Source of the DNA: Eledone cirrhosa
Taxonomy: Eukaryota
DNA length: 64,000 nucleotides
Reading direction: 5' to 3'
NCBI GenBank assembly: GCA_964016885.1
Contig: OZ024745.1
Span: 48,484,001 to 48,548,000 of the forward strand
Shown: positions 53,590-64,000 of the stretch, piece by piece
How positions within the stretch are numbered: the stretch's first letter is position 1
Layout: the number at the start of each line of letters is the position of its first letter
Notes under the pieces: model-generated
The model's database searches: none
Told to the model about the DNA's origin: nothing
Seen by the model: only the letters and a program-made list of their open reading frames with translations
Position numbers and translations under genes: made by a program

Positions 53590-53880
53590 TGTACCCCTTC
53601 CATACACATGCACACATGTGTGTATCATGACTCGTGCACTGTTCATTTTACTGATGTTTGTGCATTGTCCTATGTACTATACATGCACTTTTTTGATGAG
53701 TTGTGGTGCACCTGGGCACTGTACACAATATTTCATTATTGTTATTATTATTATATCATGACTCATACACTGTTCATTTTCCTGATATTTGTACATTATT
53801 CTATGTACTATACATGCACCTTTGATGAGTTGTAGTGCACCTGAGCACTGTACACAATAATTTCATTATTATTATTATAA
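51790..53880 (+). mobile_element. CR1-clade LINE insertion including two successive 3' UTR/(ATT)n ends
   Basis: ORF above; the UTR runs to ~53752 and a second UTR copy spans 53753-53880. Confidence 0.92.
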
Positions 53881-54172
53881 TAAACACGTTTAATTGATAT
53901 TTAGATCTCATCAATATATATATCATCCAATCAACCACAAGGAAACATGTATTTGATGGGTATATATACCCATTCACTCTTAGTATTATTCTGAAATGGG
54001 ATATACTAATTTGCATATAATTAGCAATCATGCTGGTAATTAATTAGGATATATATCTAGAAGTACGTTTGCATATTTACATATTAGATATGTGTACATT
54101 TATATACACATTCTTGCTCTCTTGGTTATGCACTTTGTGTTTATACAGATATAACTTTATATATATATATAT

Positions 54173-54319
54173 ATATTTATTAAAATAACAGATTAAAGTT
54201 TAAGCAAAGAATAGCTGCTTTCACCCTTAACGGGATCTTCTGAAACTGTCAGAAGATCCTGTTAAGGGTGAAAGCAGCGATTCTTTGCTTAAACTTTAAT
54301 CTGTTATTTTAATAAATAT
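54173..54319. repeat. Near-perfect hairpin with ~71-bp arms and a 5-nt loop
   Basis: 54173-54243 is the reverse complement of 54249-54319 with 2 mismatches. One arm also occurs at ~4345-4412. Confidence 0.93.
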
Positions 54320-54411
54320 TTGCTCTACAGTTCTTATATATTTGATATATATTTATCCTTATCGAGCCCTCTTTGGATTTTAGTCTTCAAATTTATTATT
54401 ATTATTTATTC

Positions 54412-54594
54412 TGGATTGGCAGTATCGGTAGAGGGTCGGACGCCATGCTTTCCAGCATAGTTACGTCCCTTTACGATCTGAGTTCAAATCCCACCGAGGT
54501 TGACTTTGCCTTTCATCCTTACGGGGTCGATAAAATAAAGTACCAGTAATGCACTGGGTAATTGCTGGCCTTGTGCCTAAAGTAGAAACAATTA
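54412..54594 (+). mobile_element. tRNA-derived SINE, family 1
   Basis: Same family as 23386-23575. Confidence 0.85.
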
Positions 54595-54613
54595 TTTATT
54601 ATATATATATAGT

Positions 54614-55193
54614 GAAGGCGTGTGGCTGAGTAGTAAGAGAATTGGATTCGCAATCGTAAGGTTGTGAGTTCGATTCCTGGACCGGGCGATGCGTTATGTC
54701 CTTGAGCAAGACACTTTATTTCACGTTGCTCCTTCTACCTGGAGTTGCGACCGATAGATAGTATTAGCATTTGGAAAGACCAACGGAAACATTGTTCCCT
54801 CGGTCCGATTTGACGGAAGTCGATCGTTAAAATATATATATATACATATATAGGGTAAGAGTAAAGACACCCTTTGGTCACAAATGACCATGGGATTTGA
54901 ACCTAGAAAGTTCGCCTTCCAAGACCCAAGTCCAGGCAAGGTTGTTTATGGAAGACCAGCACTCACCCTTGCATACCAGTCTCCTCATGCCACCGATGTT
55001 GTCCAAGAGAAAGGCAATGGCTTATACAGCTTGGCACCAGTGACACCGCATCTCATTTATACAACTGAGTAAACTGGAGCAACATGAAATAAAGTGTCTT
55101 GCTCAAGGACATAACACATCACTTAGTCCAGGAATCAAACTCACAACCTTATGATTGCAATACCAACACTCTAACCACTAAGCCATGCACCTT
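54614..55193. mobile_element. Convergent pair of family-2-like SINE heads (54614-54735 +; ~54850-55193 -)
   Basis: GTGGCTGAGTAGTAAG...GAGTTCGATTCC...CTTGAGCAAGACACTTTATTTCAC and its reverse complement at 55075-55193. Confidence 0.75.
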
Positions 55194-55316
55194 TACATAC
55201 ACACACACACACACATATATATATACACACATACACACACACACATATATATATACATACATACACACACACACATATATATATATACAAACATGCACAC
55301 ACACACACTTATATAT

Positions 55317-55388
55317 TCCCATGTGGTCTAGTGGTTAGGATTCCTGGCTTTCACCCAGGTGGCCCGGGTTTGATTTCTGACATGGGCA
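55317..55388 (+). pseudogene. tRNA-Glu(TTC) pseudogene
   Basis: TCCCATGTGGTCTAGTGGTTAGGATTCCTGGCTTTCACCCAGGTGGCCCGGGTTTGATTTCTGACATGGGCA. The anticodon arm CCTGG-CT-TTC-AC-CCAGG is intact. The T-loop is changed TTCG>TTTG, the T-stem is disrupted and the 1:72 pair is mismatched. Confidence 0.85.
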
Positions 55389-55483
55389 CGTTTATTTTCC
55401 GTCTAACCCATGCTAGCGTGGAAAGTGGACGTTAAACGAGGATGATGATGATGATGATGATATATATATATATATATATACAT

Positions 55484-55538
<55 letters not shown>

Positions 55539-55877
55539 CACACACACATACATACATATATATATATATACACACCCACACACACATACATATATATACC
55601 CATGCTAGCGTGGAAGATGGACGTTAAACGATGATGATGATGATGATTATATATATATATACACACATACATATATATAAACAATGATATTAAATAAATA
55701 GAAACTATATTTATAAAACCATATTTATTCTATTATATATATATGGTTTTATAAATATAGTTTCCATTTATTTAATATCATTGTATATTATACTCCAGAA
55801 AACTTGTTGAGTGCTCTGAATCAGTTATAAACATTTATATTTGTTGAATTACCAACAAATTGAATATCCCTTCTGCT

Positions 55878-56250
55878 TATCATCATCATCATTTCATTTT
55901 TACGTCCACTTTTTCCCTGCTTGCAAGGGTGGGACGGGAACTGATTCTGGCTTGATTTCTACAGCTGGATGCCCTTCCTAACACCAACCTCATTTACAGT
56001 GAGTGCTGGGTGCTTTTTTTTTCGTGATGCCTACACGGCCACTTTACAGTGTGGGTGTGGGCTGGGTGCACTTTGCAGTGGAATGATAGGGACCCCAGTC
56101 CTATCATCTCATTTCTACAGCTGAGTAAACTGGAGCAATGTGAAATAAAGTGTCTTGCTCAAAGAAACAACACATCACCCGATCTGAGAATTGAACTCAC
56201 AACCTTTCGATTGCAAGGCCAATGCTCTAACCACTAAGCCATGTGCCTCC
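55878..56250 (-). mobile_element. Full-length family-2 SINE with RTE-type tail
   Basis: Same structure as 49152-49525. Confidence 0.88.
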
Positions 56251-56321
56251 ATCAGTTTATTTATATATATATATGTATGTGTGTGTGCGTGTGTGTGTGT
56301 GTGTGTGTGTGCGTGTGTGTG

Positions 56322-56353
<32 letters not shown>

Positions 56354-56382
56354 TACATACATATATATATATATGCACACAC

Positions 56383-56449
<67 letters not shown>

Positions 56450-56458
56450 TATATATAT

Positions 56459-56491
<33 letters not shown>

Positions 56492-56568
56492 ACGAAGGAA
56501 ATGTGGTAAAGAACCAGGTGGACCATAACGCACCAAAGTACTCAATACTTAGGGTAGTAGAGTGGGTA

Positions 56569-56745
56569 ATAGGAACGAGTAGGACCCCGACGGCTGAGCT
56601 CAAGCCGTTTCGACGGCTAATTCTGGACTAAAATATCAAAGTTAGTTTTACGTGTAGACGGCGTGTGTGTGTGTTACCCGCCGCCGATTAGTCCAGAATT
56701 AGCCGTCGAAACGGCTTGAGCTCAGCTGTCGGAGTCCTACTCGTT

Positions 56746-56750
<5 letters not shown>
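56569..56750. repeat. 63-bp inverted repeat with a 56-bp spacer, within (TA)n
   Basis: 56569-56631 versus 56688-56750, 2 mismatches. Confidence 0.92.
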
Positions 56751-56780
<30 letters not shown>

Positions 56781-56822
56781 GAAAAAATAGAAATTATTGT
56801 AGCAAGAAGCCAACAGTATTCC

Positions 56823-56861
<39 letters not shown>

Positions 56862-57055
56862 CATAATATATATATATATGGATGTATATATAATGTATTT
56901 TGCAATACACTTTATGCTTAATTAAAAGCATTTTGAAGACCGTATGCTATTGTTTTAGAGTAGTGACAAATTCACTTACTTTAATCTCAGCAAACAGGGG
57001 AGATAAGCCGACAAGGGCCTTGTTTCGCTTTTGTTGAAGCTTAAAAAAAAGTTGT

Positions 57056-58400
57056 CATCATCATCATCATCATCATCATTGTTTAACGTCCGTGTTCCAT
57101 GCTTGCATGGGTTTGGACGGGGGTTTTCCCACTTGAAGCAAGAGTGGTTATCTTGCTCGCATAGGACTATCTGGCGGGTTTTCTACAGCTGGATGCCCTT
57201 CCTAACACCAACCACATTTACAGTGTGGGGCTGGGAGGTTTTTACCGTGTTGCCTACACGGCCACATTACAGCGTGAACTGTGTGTTTTTTGACGTGACA
57301 CCTACATGATCTCATTTGATTCGGCCTGGATGTTGTGGCACCAACATAACTTTACATTGAAAGGGGCGGTGTGGATGGGGTGGGGGTGGTGGGACGGGGG
57401 TGTATTTTGTTAGAGATGCCTATTGACTGTAGTAGGTTTTACTTTGTATTTAGGTAAGGCGGGTCTTCTCTATTACTGAGTACCGCCAAAGGTCTCGGTC
57501 CAGTGACATTGTCTTGGTGAGGTGTAACTGTGTGAGGTCGGAATTTATCAGCTCGTCCCAGGTTTTTCTGGGTCTGCCTATTCCGTGGCTACCGTCTATC
57601 CTTATTGCCCTGCACTTTGTTATACAGCTATCGTCCTTCATGCGCATCACGTGACCATACCAACGTAGCCTTCTCTCGAGTAAACAACATCTGATCCCTC
57701 TTATTTCTAATTTTTTCCTTAGTTCGTTTATGCTTTGCCGTTTACGTATATTACTATTACACATCCAGCGGAGCATGCAAGCTTCGTTTCTCTCTAGTCT
57801 GTGTATATCCTCTGCACACAATGCCCAGGTCTCACTGCCATGCAACATTGCTGTTCGTATGCAGGCATCGTACAACCTGCCTTTCATTTTTAGGGAGAAC
57901 CCTTTAGCGGCTAATAGCGGTATAAGCTCTCTGAACTTTTTCCATCCAGTTCTGACTCTAGCTACTGTACTTTCAGAGCACCCTCCCCCACTGCTGATTT
58001 TGTCACCCAGGTAACGGAAGCTGTCCACTATTTCTATAGAACCATCTGCGCAGTTGAAAGAGCTAGTATTTAATGGGCATATGCTGCTACTTATTGCCCC
58101 AGAGCACCGGCCACATGTAAAATCTATGTTCTTAGTTAGCTTACCTGTGAACCCACTACATCTTTTATGCACCCATACTTTGCATTTGGGACACAAAATG
58201 GAGTTTCTACCTACGCCTTTCCTACACACTGAGCATGGCCACTTCCCGGAGGGGACCACTGCCTTATTTTCTTTCTTACAAACTAGAACTTTAGTCTTAG
58301 CCAGGTTAATTTTAAGGCCTTTTGATTCTAGGCCGTGCTTCCATGTTTGGAATTTCTTCTCTAGTTCGGCCATTGATTCAGCTATGAGCGTTAGATCATC
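57056..58400 (-). mobile_element. 5'-truncated RTE-clade LINE, same family as 44729-46068
   Basis: Open frame from DDLTLIAES to the stop at 57450, followed by the 3' UTR and (GAT)n tail. The first 20 aa of the listed ORF come from the adjacent SINE/flank. Confidence 0.95.
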
Positions 58401-58437
58401 TGGTACCAGCACTACAACCTTATACATTGTGTTTATA

Positions 58438-58795
58438 ATAATTGTTTCTACTTTTGGCACAAGACCAGCAATTATCCCAGTACATTACTGGTACTTTATT
58501 TTATCGACCCCGTAAGTATGAAAGGCAAAGTGAACCTCGGCGGGATTTGAACTCAGATCATAAAGGGCCGTAACTCTATGCGACAAAGCATGGCATCCGA
58601 CCCTCTACCCATACTGCCAATCCACCGTGTTTATAATAATTGTTTCTACTTTTGACACAATGCCAGTAATTACCCAGTACATTACTGGTACTTTATTTTA
58701 TAGATCCCGTAAGGATGAAAGGCAAAGTTAACCTCGGCGGGATTTGAACTCAGACCGTAAAGGGACGTAACTATGCTGCAAAGCATGGCGTCCGA
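58438..58795 (-). mobile_element. Two tandem family-1 SINEs
   Basis: 58438-58627 and 58637-58795. GTGTTTATAAT precedes both, consistent with one inserting at the tail of the other. Confidence 0.85.
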
Positions 58796-58934
58796 TATAC
58801 AATATTATGAATACATTTTTACCATGGTGTAGCTAGACTTTGTACCATTACCATCGTCATCACCATTGTCTCTACATTCATGCCCACTTTGATGTATATG
58901 TATGTATGTTTCTCTCTCTCTACCTCTCTTATAG

Positions 58935-59205
58935 GATGCTTTTTGTCATGGTACCAGCACTACAACCTTATAATGTGAACTGGGTGCTTTTTGTCATGGC
59001 ACCAGCACTACCACCTTACAGGGTGGAGTGGGTGATTTTTGTCATGACACCAGTACTACCACTTTACAGGGTGAACTGAGTGCTTTTTGTGGTGGCACAA
59101 GCACAACCACCTTACAGAATGGACTCTGTGCTTTTCCTCATGGTACTAGCACTATCACTTTACAGGGTGGGCTGAGTGCACTTTATTGTTGCACCAGCAC
59201 TACCT
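58935..59205. repeat. Degenerate ~48-bp tandem array related to the RTE/SINE UTR subrepeat
   Basis: About 6 units of (C/T)TTACAG.GTG..CTG.GTGCTTTTTGTCATGGCACCAGCACTACCAC. Confidence 0.8.
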
Positions 59206-61057
59206 CATTACAACACTAGGGTGCTCAGTGTCCTTGGGCTGGCTCCGGAAACACAAACAACTCACTGTGGGAGGAGGGATCTGTCAGTTTATGGGGATAG
59301 CTTTAAAGGAAGTGGATGGTGTCTAGCTTCCCTAGTTAATGTGTGTGTGTGTGTGTGCGGAAGGGACGTTTATATGCTACTTGCAGGGAAGGGGGCACTG
59401 TATCAAGTGGGTGGATGGGTGGGTTGAGTTAGACATTGTAAGGTATGCCTGGCTTTCTGTGGTGGGCTGAGTTGGACATGGGAAGTATGTCAAGTGTGAG
59501 GCAGGCAAGTGTTCAGCATAGAAGGGAAAATCTCTCTCTCTCTCTCTATCTTTATATATATATACGTATATATACATATATATCATCATCATCCTCATCA
59601 TCACCATTGAATGTCAACTTTTCCTGCTAGCGAGGGCTGGACAGGTCTACATAGACCAAGTCAGTATTGAAGCGAGACTACTGACCTTCCAGACAAGCCA
59701 GGTGTTTGCATCTTGCTTGTCTTATGGTCTATCAAGTGCACAGAGAAGGTTGTTTCTGGGTGCATGTACTGGGTGTGTAGAGTTGTTGTCCTGCCATGAC
59801 ATGACTGAAGGGTCCGCTCAACCACCTTTTACTTTCTTTTTCTCGCCATTAAACGCCACCCAAAACAAACAATTAGGAGTTTAAACTTTTGTGCAGCTAT
59901 GTAAAATTACCAGCCAGCCAGCCACTCACAGTATGTAGCTTACTATAGAAAACCCACTCACAAATGTAATCCTAAATACATGTAAACTCATTTTTCTCAT
60001 TTCAGCATATCAAATGTGAAAATCATATTTTTGTAAAAGCGCAAAAATTTTATTCTATTGTGTAAATGTGTAGACTATATGTAAATATGTATTTCGAGTT
60101 TGTTTCCTTAAACTAATCCCTGTTCTCTCAATTGTTAGTAATCTTATTTCCTAGAACTAGTGAATATTTTAAAACCCCAAACTCTTTTGCTCATTCAAGC
60201 ATATCAAATATGTAAATCATATTTTTGTGAAAGTATAAATTTTATTGCATAGAGCAATTTACCATGTAAACATATTGTGTAAATGCATCCCTCCCATATA
60301 CTTATACATTTGTTGAAAGAAGAAATGAAAGAGTTAGTGTCAGAAAGGGCATCCAGCTGTAAAACATAAAACATTGCCTCAAAAAGTCCTGTCTAAATCA
60401 TTCCAAGATGGAAAAGTCCACATAAAAACGATGGTGATGATTTATTGAAAGCAGGAGATTCTTTCCATCGCTCCTCTGAGTTTCTCACTTCTATTCTCTT
60501 ATTTGATGACTCTAATAGTTGTTATATTAGACACACAACTACTACACTTTTACAGGGATTAACTATGCATATTCAATGAATAACTATTGCTACATATTAT
60601 ATTACATTAAACTTAGTTGATGCAACAATTGTTTTATTTAGAATATCCATTACTCACCTAAAAAAAGGTAAAAATAAATGCAAGTTAAAAGAGTCATCAA
60701 GGAAGCTATTTTAACAGAATATAACACAAAACTGAAACACTAGATACTATGCATCAATGACTTTTTGTTTGCTGATATCAGTAGCCAGAAACCAATGATA
60801 ACAAATGAAAAGCAAACAACATTGTCCCATGATATTCTCTTAAAAATGCCAATAAAACCCATGACTGGAAATCATATCATCCAAAAGATAAGACTGAAAA
60901 GAACTGAATATTTGTACATGAACCACAGATATATATTTTATAGTTAAAAACCAAATAGAAAGAATGAAACATTTTTAATGAAAAAAGATAAAAAGGCTGA
61001 ACAAAATCACATAAAAATAAAACTGTTTCTTAAATATTTGTACATACATACATACAT

Positions 61058-61265
61058 CTTGTTGGCACTCTGCCAGTTATGACGATGAGTATTCTAGTTG
61101 ATCCAATCAACGGAACAGTCTGCAAGTGAAAATTAAAGTGCATGAGGCTGAGCATTCAACAAACACACGTACCCTTAACGTAGTTCTCAGGGAGGTTCAT
61201 CATGTCACAGAATATGACAAAGCTGGCCCTTCAAATTACAGGCACAACTCATTTTTGTCAGCCGA
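61058..61265 (-). mobile_element. SINE family-3 body (also 2525-2705 + and 19645-19880 +)
   Basis: Reverse complement reads CTGTAATTTGAAGGGCCAGCTTTGTCATATTCTGTGACATGATGAACCTCCCTGAGAACTACGTTAAGGG..., ending CCAACAA. Confidence 0.75.
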
Positions 61266-61807
61266 GTGAACACTGAAGCAAGGTTAGTGATTTTGGGAGA
61301 GAGGAAGTCGATTACATTGACCCTAGTAGTTAACTGGTACTTTATTTTATTAACCCTGGAAGGAGGAAAGGGAAAGTTAACCTCAGGGAGATTTAAAACC
61401 AGAAAGGCTGTAATTAAATGCCACAATTCATTTTGTCCAATGCTTCACCAAAACTGTCAATTCATTGCCCTTAAAAGGTAATAACAGATCTGACAAACGA
61501 TTATGTATCTCTAAAAGAAATGGAAAAATTATCCAAATATAAAGATATAGAAATACAAATAAACAGAAGCAGGTGGATTTTAAATAAAAACAATCCCTAT
61601 AATAGTCATTTCTAATTCAGGCACAAGCCCAGCCTTTTGGGGGAAGAGAAAAGTTGATTATATTGATCCCTATACTTAAGTGGTATTATTTCAACCCCAG
61701 AAGAACGAAAGACAAAGTTGACCAAAACAGGATTTGAATTCAGAATGTAGAAAATCTTAACTAAATGCCACAAAAAAATTTGGACATTCTGACAACCTTT
61801 ATAATAA

Positions 61808-62005
61808 TGATTTCTACTATAGGCACAAGGCCAGCAATTTTGGGTAGAGGGAAAGTCGATTAAATCAGCCCCAGTGCATTACTGGTACTTTATTTTATCA
61901 ACCCTGTAAGGATGAAAGGCAAAGGGAGGGATTTGAACTTAGAACGTAAAGGGCCGTAACTCTATGCTGCAAAGCATGTCGTCCAATGCTCTACCAATAC
62001 TGCCA
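61808..62005 (-). mobile_element. tRNA-derived SINE, family 1 (older copies also near 61300-61440 and 61610-61790)
   Basis: Shares CTGGTACTTTATTTTATC..CCC.GTAAGGATGAAAGGCAAAG and ATTTGAACT.AGAA. Confidence 0.8.
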
Positions 62006-62100
62006 AATAATAATAATAATAATAATAATAGGTGGATCTTGCCTCAAGTGGGACAATTCCCGTCCCAGACCTATGCTAGCGTGGAAGATGGACGTTAAAC

Positions 62101-62131
<31 letters not shown>

Positions 62132-62561
62132 CAGACAAATACATAACCAAAACACTAGAAAATACACGCATAAGATGATGAAAATGATGATGAAGATGAT
62201 GATGATGGTGATGATGATGATGATGATGATGATACACAACCAGTGGCATGTCTTGAGAAATATGTTTAGGTAAGCAAATGGAATGTTGCATATTTGAGGG
62301 GCAGTGGCATCAGACAGTGATACCACCTCTTTCAAAACAAAATCTAATAGATTAAAAAAAAAAGGTTTATACTATTATTAATTCATTACATGATTCCAAA
62401 CTGTTTGTGTCATTATTTAAATATTATGATAATGAGTTTAGTAGCCTATGAAAGTGTGAAAAGAAAAGAAAGTTGAATAATTAAACAAATTATTATTTTT
62501 ATAGACTAAGCAATGTTTACCTTGCATCTCAGGAATTCACACTTCTGTGCACAATATTAAA

Positions 62562-62582
62562 AGTAGTAGTAGTAGTAGTAGC

Positions 62583-62644
<62 letters not shown>

Positions 62645-62746
62645 CAGTAGTAGTAGTAGCAGCAGTAGTAGTAGTAGTAGTAACTGCAGCAGCAGCAGTA
62701 TTAGTATTAGTATTAGTAGTAGTAGTAACAGCAGCAGCAGCAGCAG
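62562..62746. repeat. (AGT)n/(AGC)n microsatellite
   Basis: Trinucleotide run that produces the poly-Ser pseudo-ORF. Confidence 0.97.
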
Positions 62747-62845
62747 TTATTTCTAATTTATATATAGGGCTAGCAATTTGGGACGCAGGCGATAAATGAA
62801 TACCAGTTTTTGACTGGTACTTTATTTTATTGGACCTGGAAGTAT

Positions 62846-63472
62846 AACTAAACCCTATAAAACCAACAGTAACTAACCCCTATTAAACCAACAGAAACTA
62901 AACTCTATAAAACCAACAGGAACTAAAGCCTACAAAACCAACAGGAACTAAAGCCTATAACTTCATCTGGAACTAAACCCTATAAAACCAACAGAAACTA
63001 AATCCTATAAAACCAACAGAAACTAAACCCTATAAAACCAACAGGAACTAAAGCCTACAAAACCAACAGAAACTAAACCCTACAAAACCAACAGGAACTA
63101 AAGCCTATAACTTCATCTGGAACTAAACCCTATAAAACCAACAGAAACTAAACCCTATAAAACCAACCGAAACTAAATCCTACAAAACCAACAGGAACTA
63201 AAGCCTATAGAACCAACCAAAAAATAAACCCTATAAAACCAACAGCAATTAAACCCTATATAACCAACAGAAACTAAGCCCTATAAAACCAACAGTGACT
63301 AACGCCTATAACTTCATCTGGAACTAAACCCTATAAAACCAACAGAAACTAAACCCTATAAAACCAACAGAAACTAAACCCTATAAAACCAACAGAAACT
63401 AAACCCTATAAAACCAACAGGGACTAAACCCTATAAGTTCATCTGGAACTTAATCCTATAAAACCAACAGAA
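62846..63472. repeat. 25-bp tandem minisatellite, ~25 copies
   Basis: Unit AACTAAACCCTATAAAACCAACAG(A/G), with a recurring variant carrying CTTCATCTGG. Confidence 0.95.
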
Positions 63473-64000
63473 TACTGATCAATGAAAAATAGAACCCGAA
63501 CAGCACTACAAATATATAAATATAAGGGAATATGAGGAAGATTTGAGAACAGGAAATTTCAGCGGTGGAGGAAATCATAAACATGACAATCTAAAGAGGG
63601 AAATAGTTGAAGAATTGAAAATAATAGATCTTCTGAAACAATGAAAGTACCATGAAAGAATAAAACTAAATGATTAAATAGCAACTATGATAAAAGAAAA
63701 TGCAAACCTGGCCATCACAGTTTTAATGAAAACAATTGCAAACATAAATATGAGCAGGTTAAATGGAATGATATATGTAGCAACCTTTATAGTTATAAAG
63801 GTAAGTAGATACTCCCTGAGATCTACTTATATTTGAATATAAAAACCCAAGAAAACAATAGGGAAAATATATAATAAAAAGGCAAAAAAAAAAAAAGAAA
63901 ACAGAGAATAGAGAACAGAAAGGAGAAGATCATACAATTCTTCATGAAATTGATAACAGGAAAATCTTACAATACTTACTTTGCCTCTTAGGAATTCACA

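Noticed and set aside
49440-56250. SINE heads as real tRNA genes
   Set aside because: A/B boxes are present but there is no complete cloverleaf, and they continue into SINE bodies.
5492-62756. Numerous short ORFs rich in YI/CV/HT/S/R/I repeats
   Set aside because: They are translations of (TA)n, (CA)n, (CTT)n, (AGT)n and (GAT)n microsatellites, or antisense frames of LINEs and SINEs.
62846-63472. Telomere-like repeat (AAACCCT within the unit)
   Set aside because: The period is 25 bp with only one AAACCCT per unit; it is not (TTAGGG)n.
36659-64000. Further hemicentin exons (expected next: ..GP....D...F...L..L.VQGGGDCPEM)
   Set aside because: Not found by eye or in the ORF track. Exon 2 is likely short and either missed or beyond the window; spliced alignment is needed.

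Overview
AT-rich, microsatellite-dense animal genomic DNA. The repeat complement looks like a coleoid cephalopod such as Octopus, which is an inference and was not tested. Only one host-gene exon is supportable: the first coding exon of a hemicentin-like gene (36382-36658, +; signal peptide plus start of a VWA domain, canonical GTAAGT donor). Everything downstream is probably its large first intron. The rest is transposon debris and tandem arrays: CR1-clade and RTE-clade LINE fragments, tRNA-derived SINEs, Tc1/mariner-, TTAA- and hAT-like MITEs, Helitron-like elements, Penelope-like remnants with minimal hammerhead ribozyme motifs, a decayed tRNA-Glu, and six larger tandem arrays (five of 25-114 bp period plus one compound array). 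The main unexpected results are: (i) the 8.6-kb 47-bp satellite is the amplified left end of a ~216-bp TTAA-flanked MITE whose unamplified relative lies at 12885-13100; (ii) the 48-bp satellite matches a subrepeat of the RTE 3' UTR; (iii) there are several type I hammerhead motifs; (iv) one RTE-clade LINE carries an L1-style 5' inversion; (v) the RTE ORF2 carries a PHD-type finger inside the RT C-terminal region; (vi) a dead duplicate of the hemicentin signal-peptide segment sits in the putative intron. All alignments were done by eye and no database was searched.
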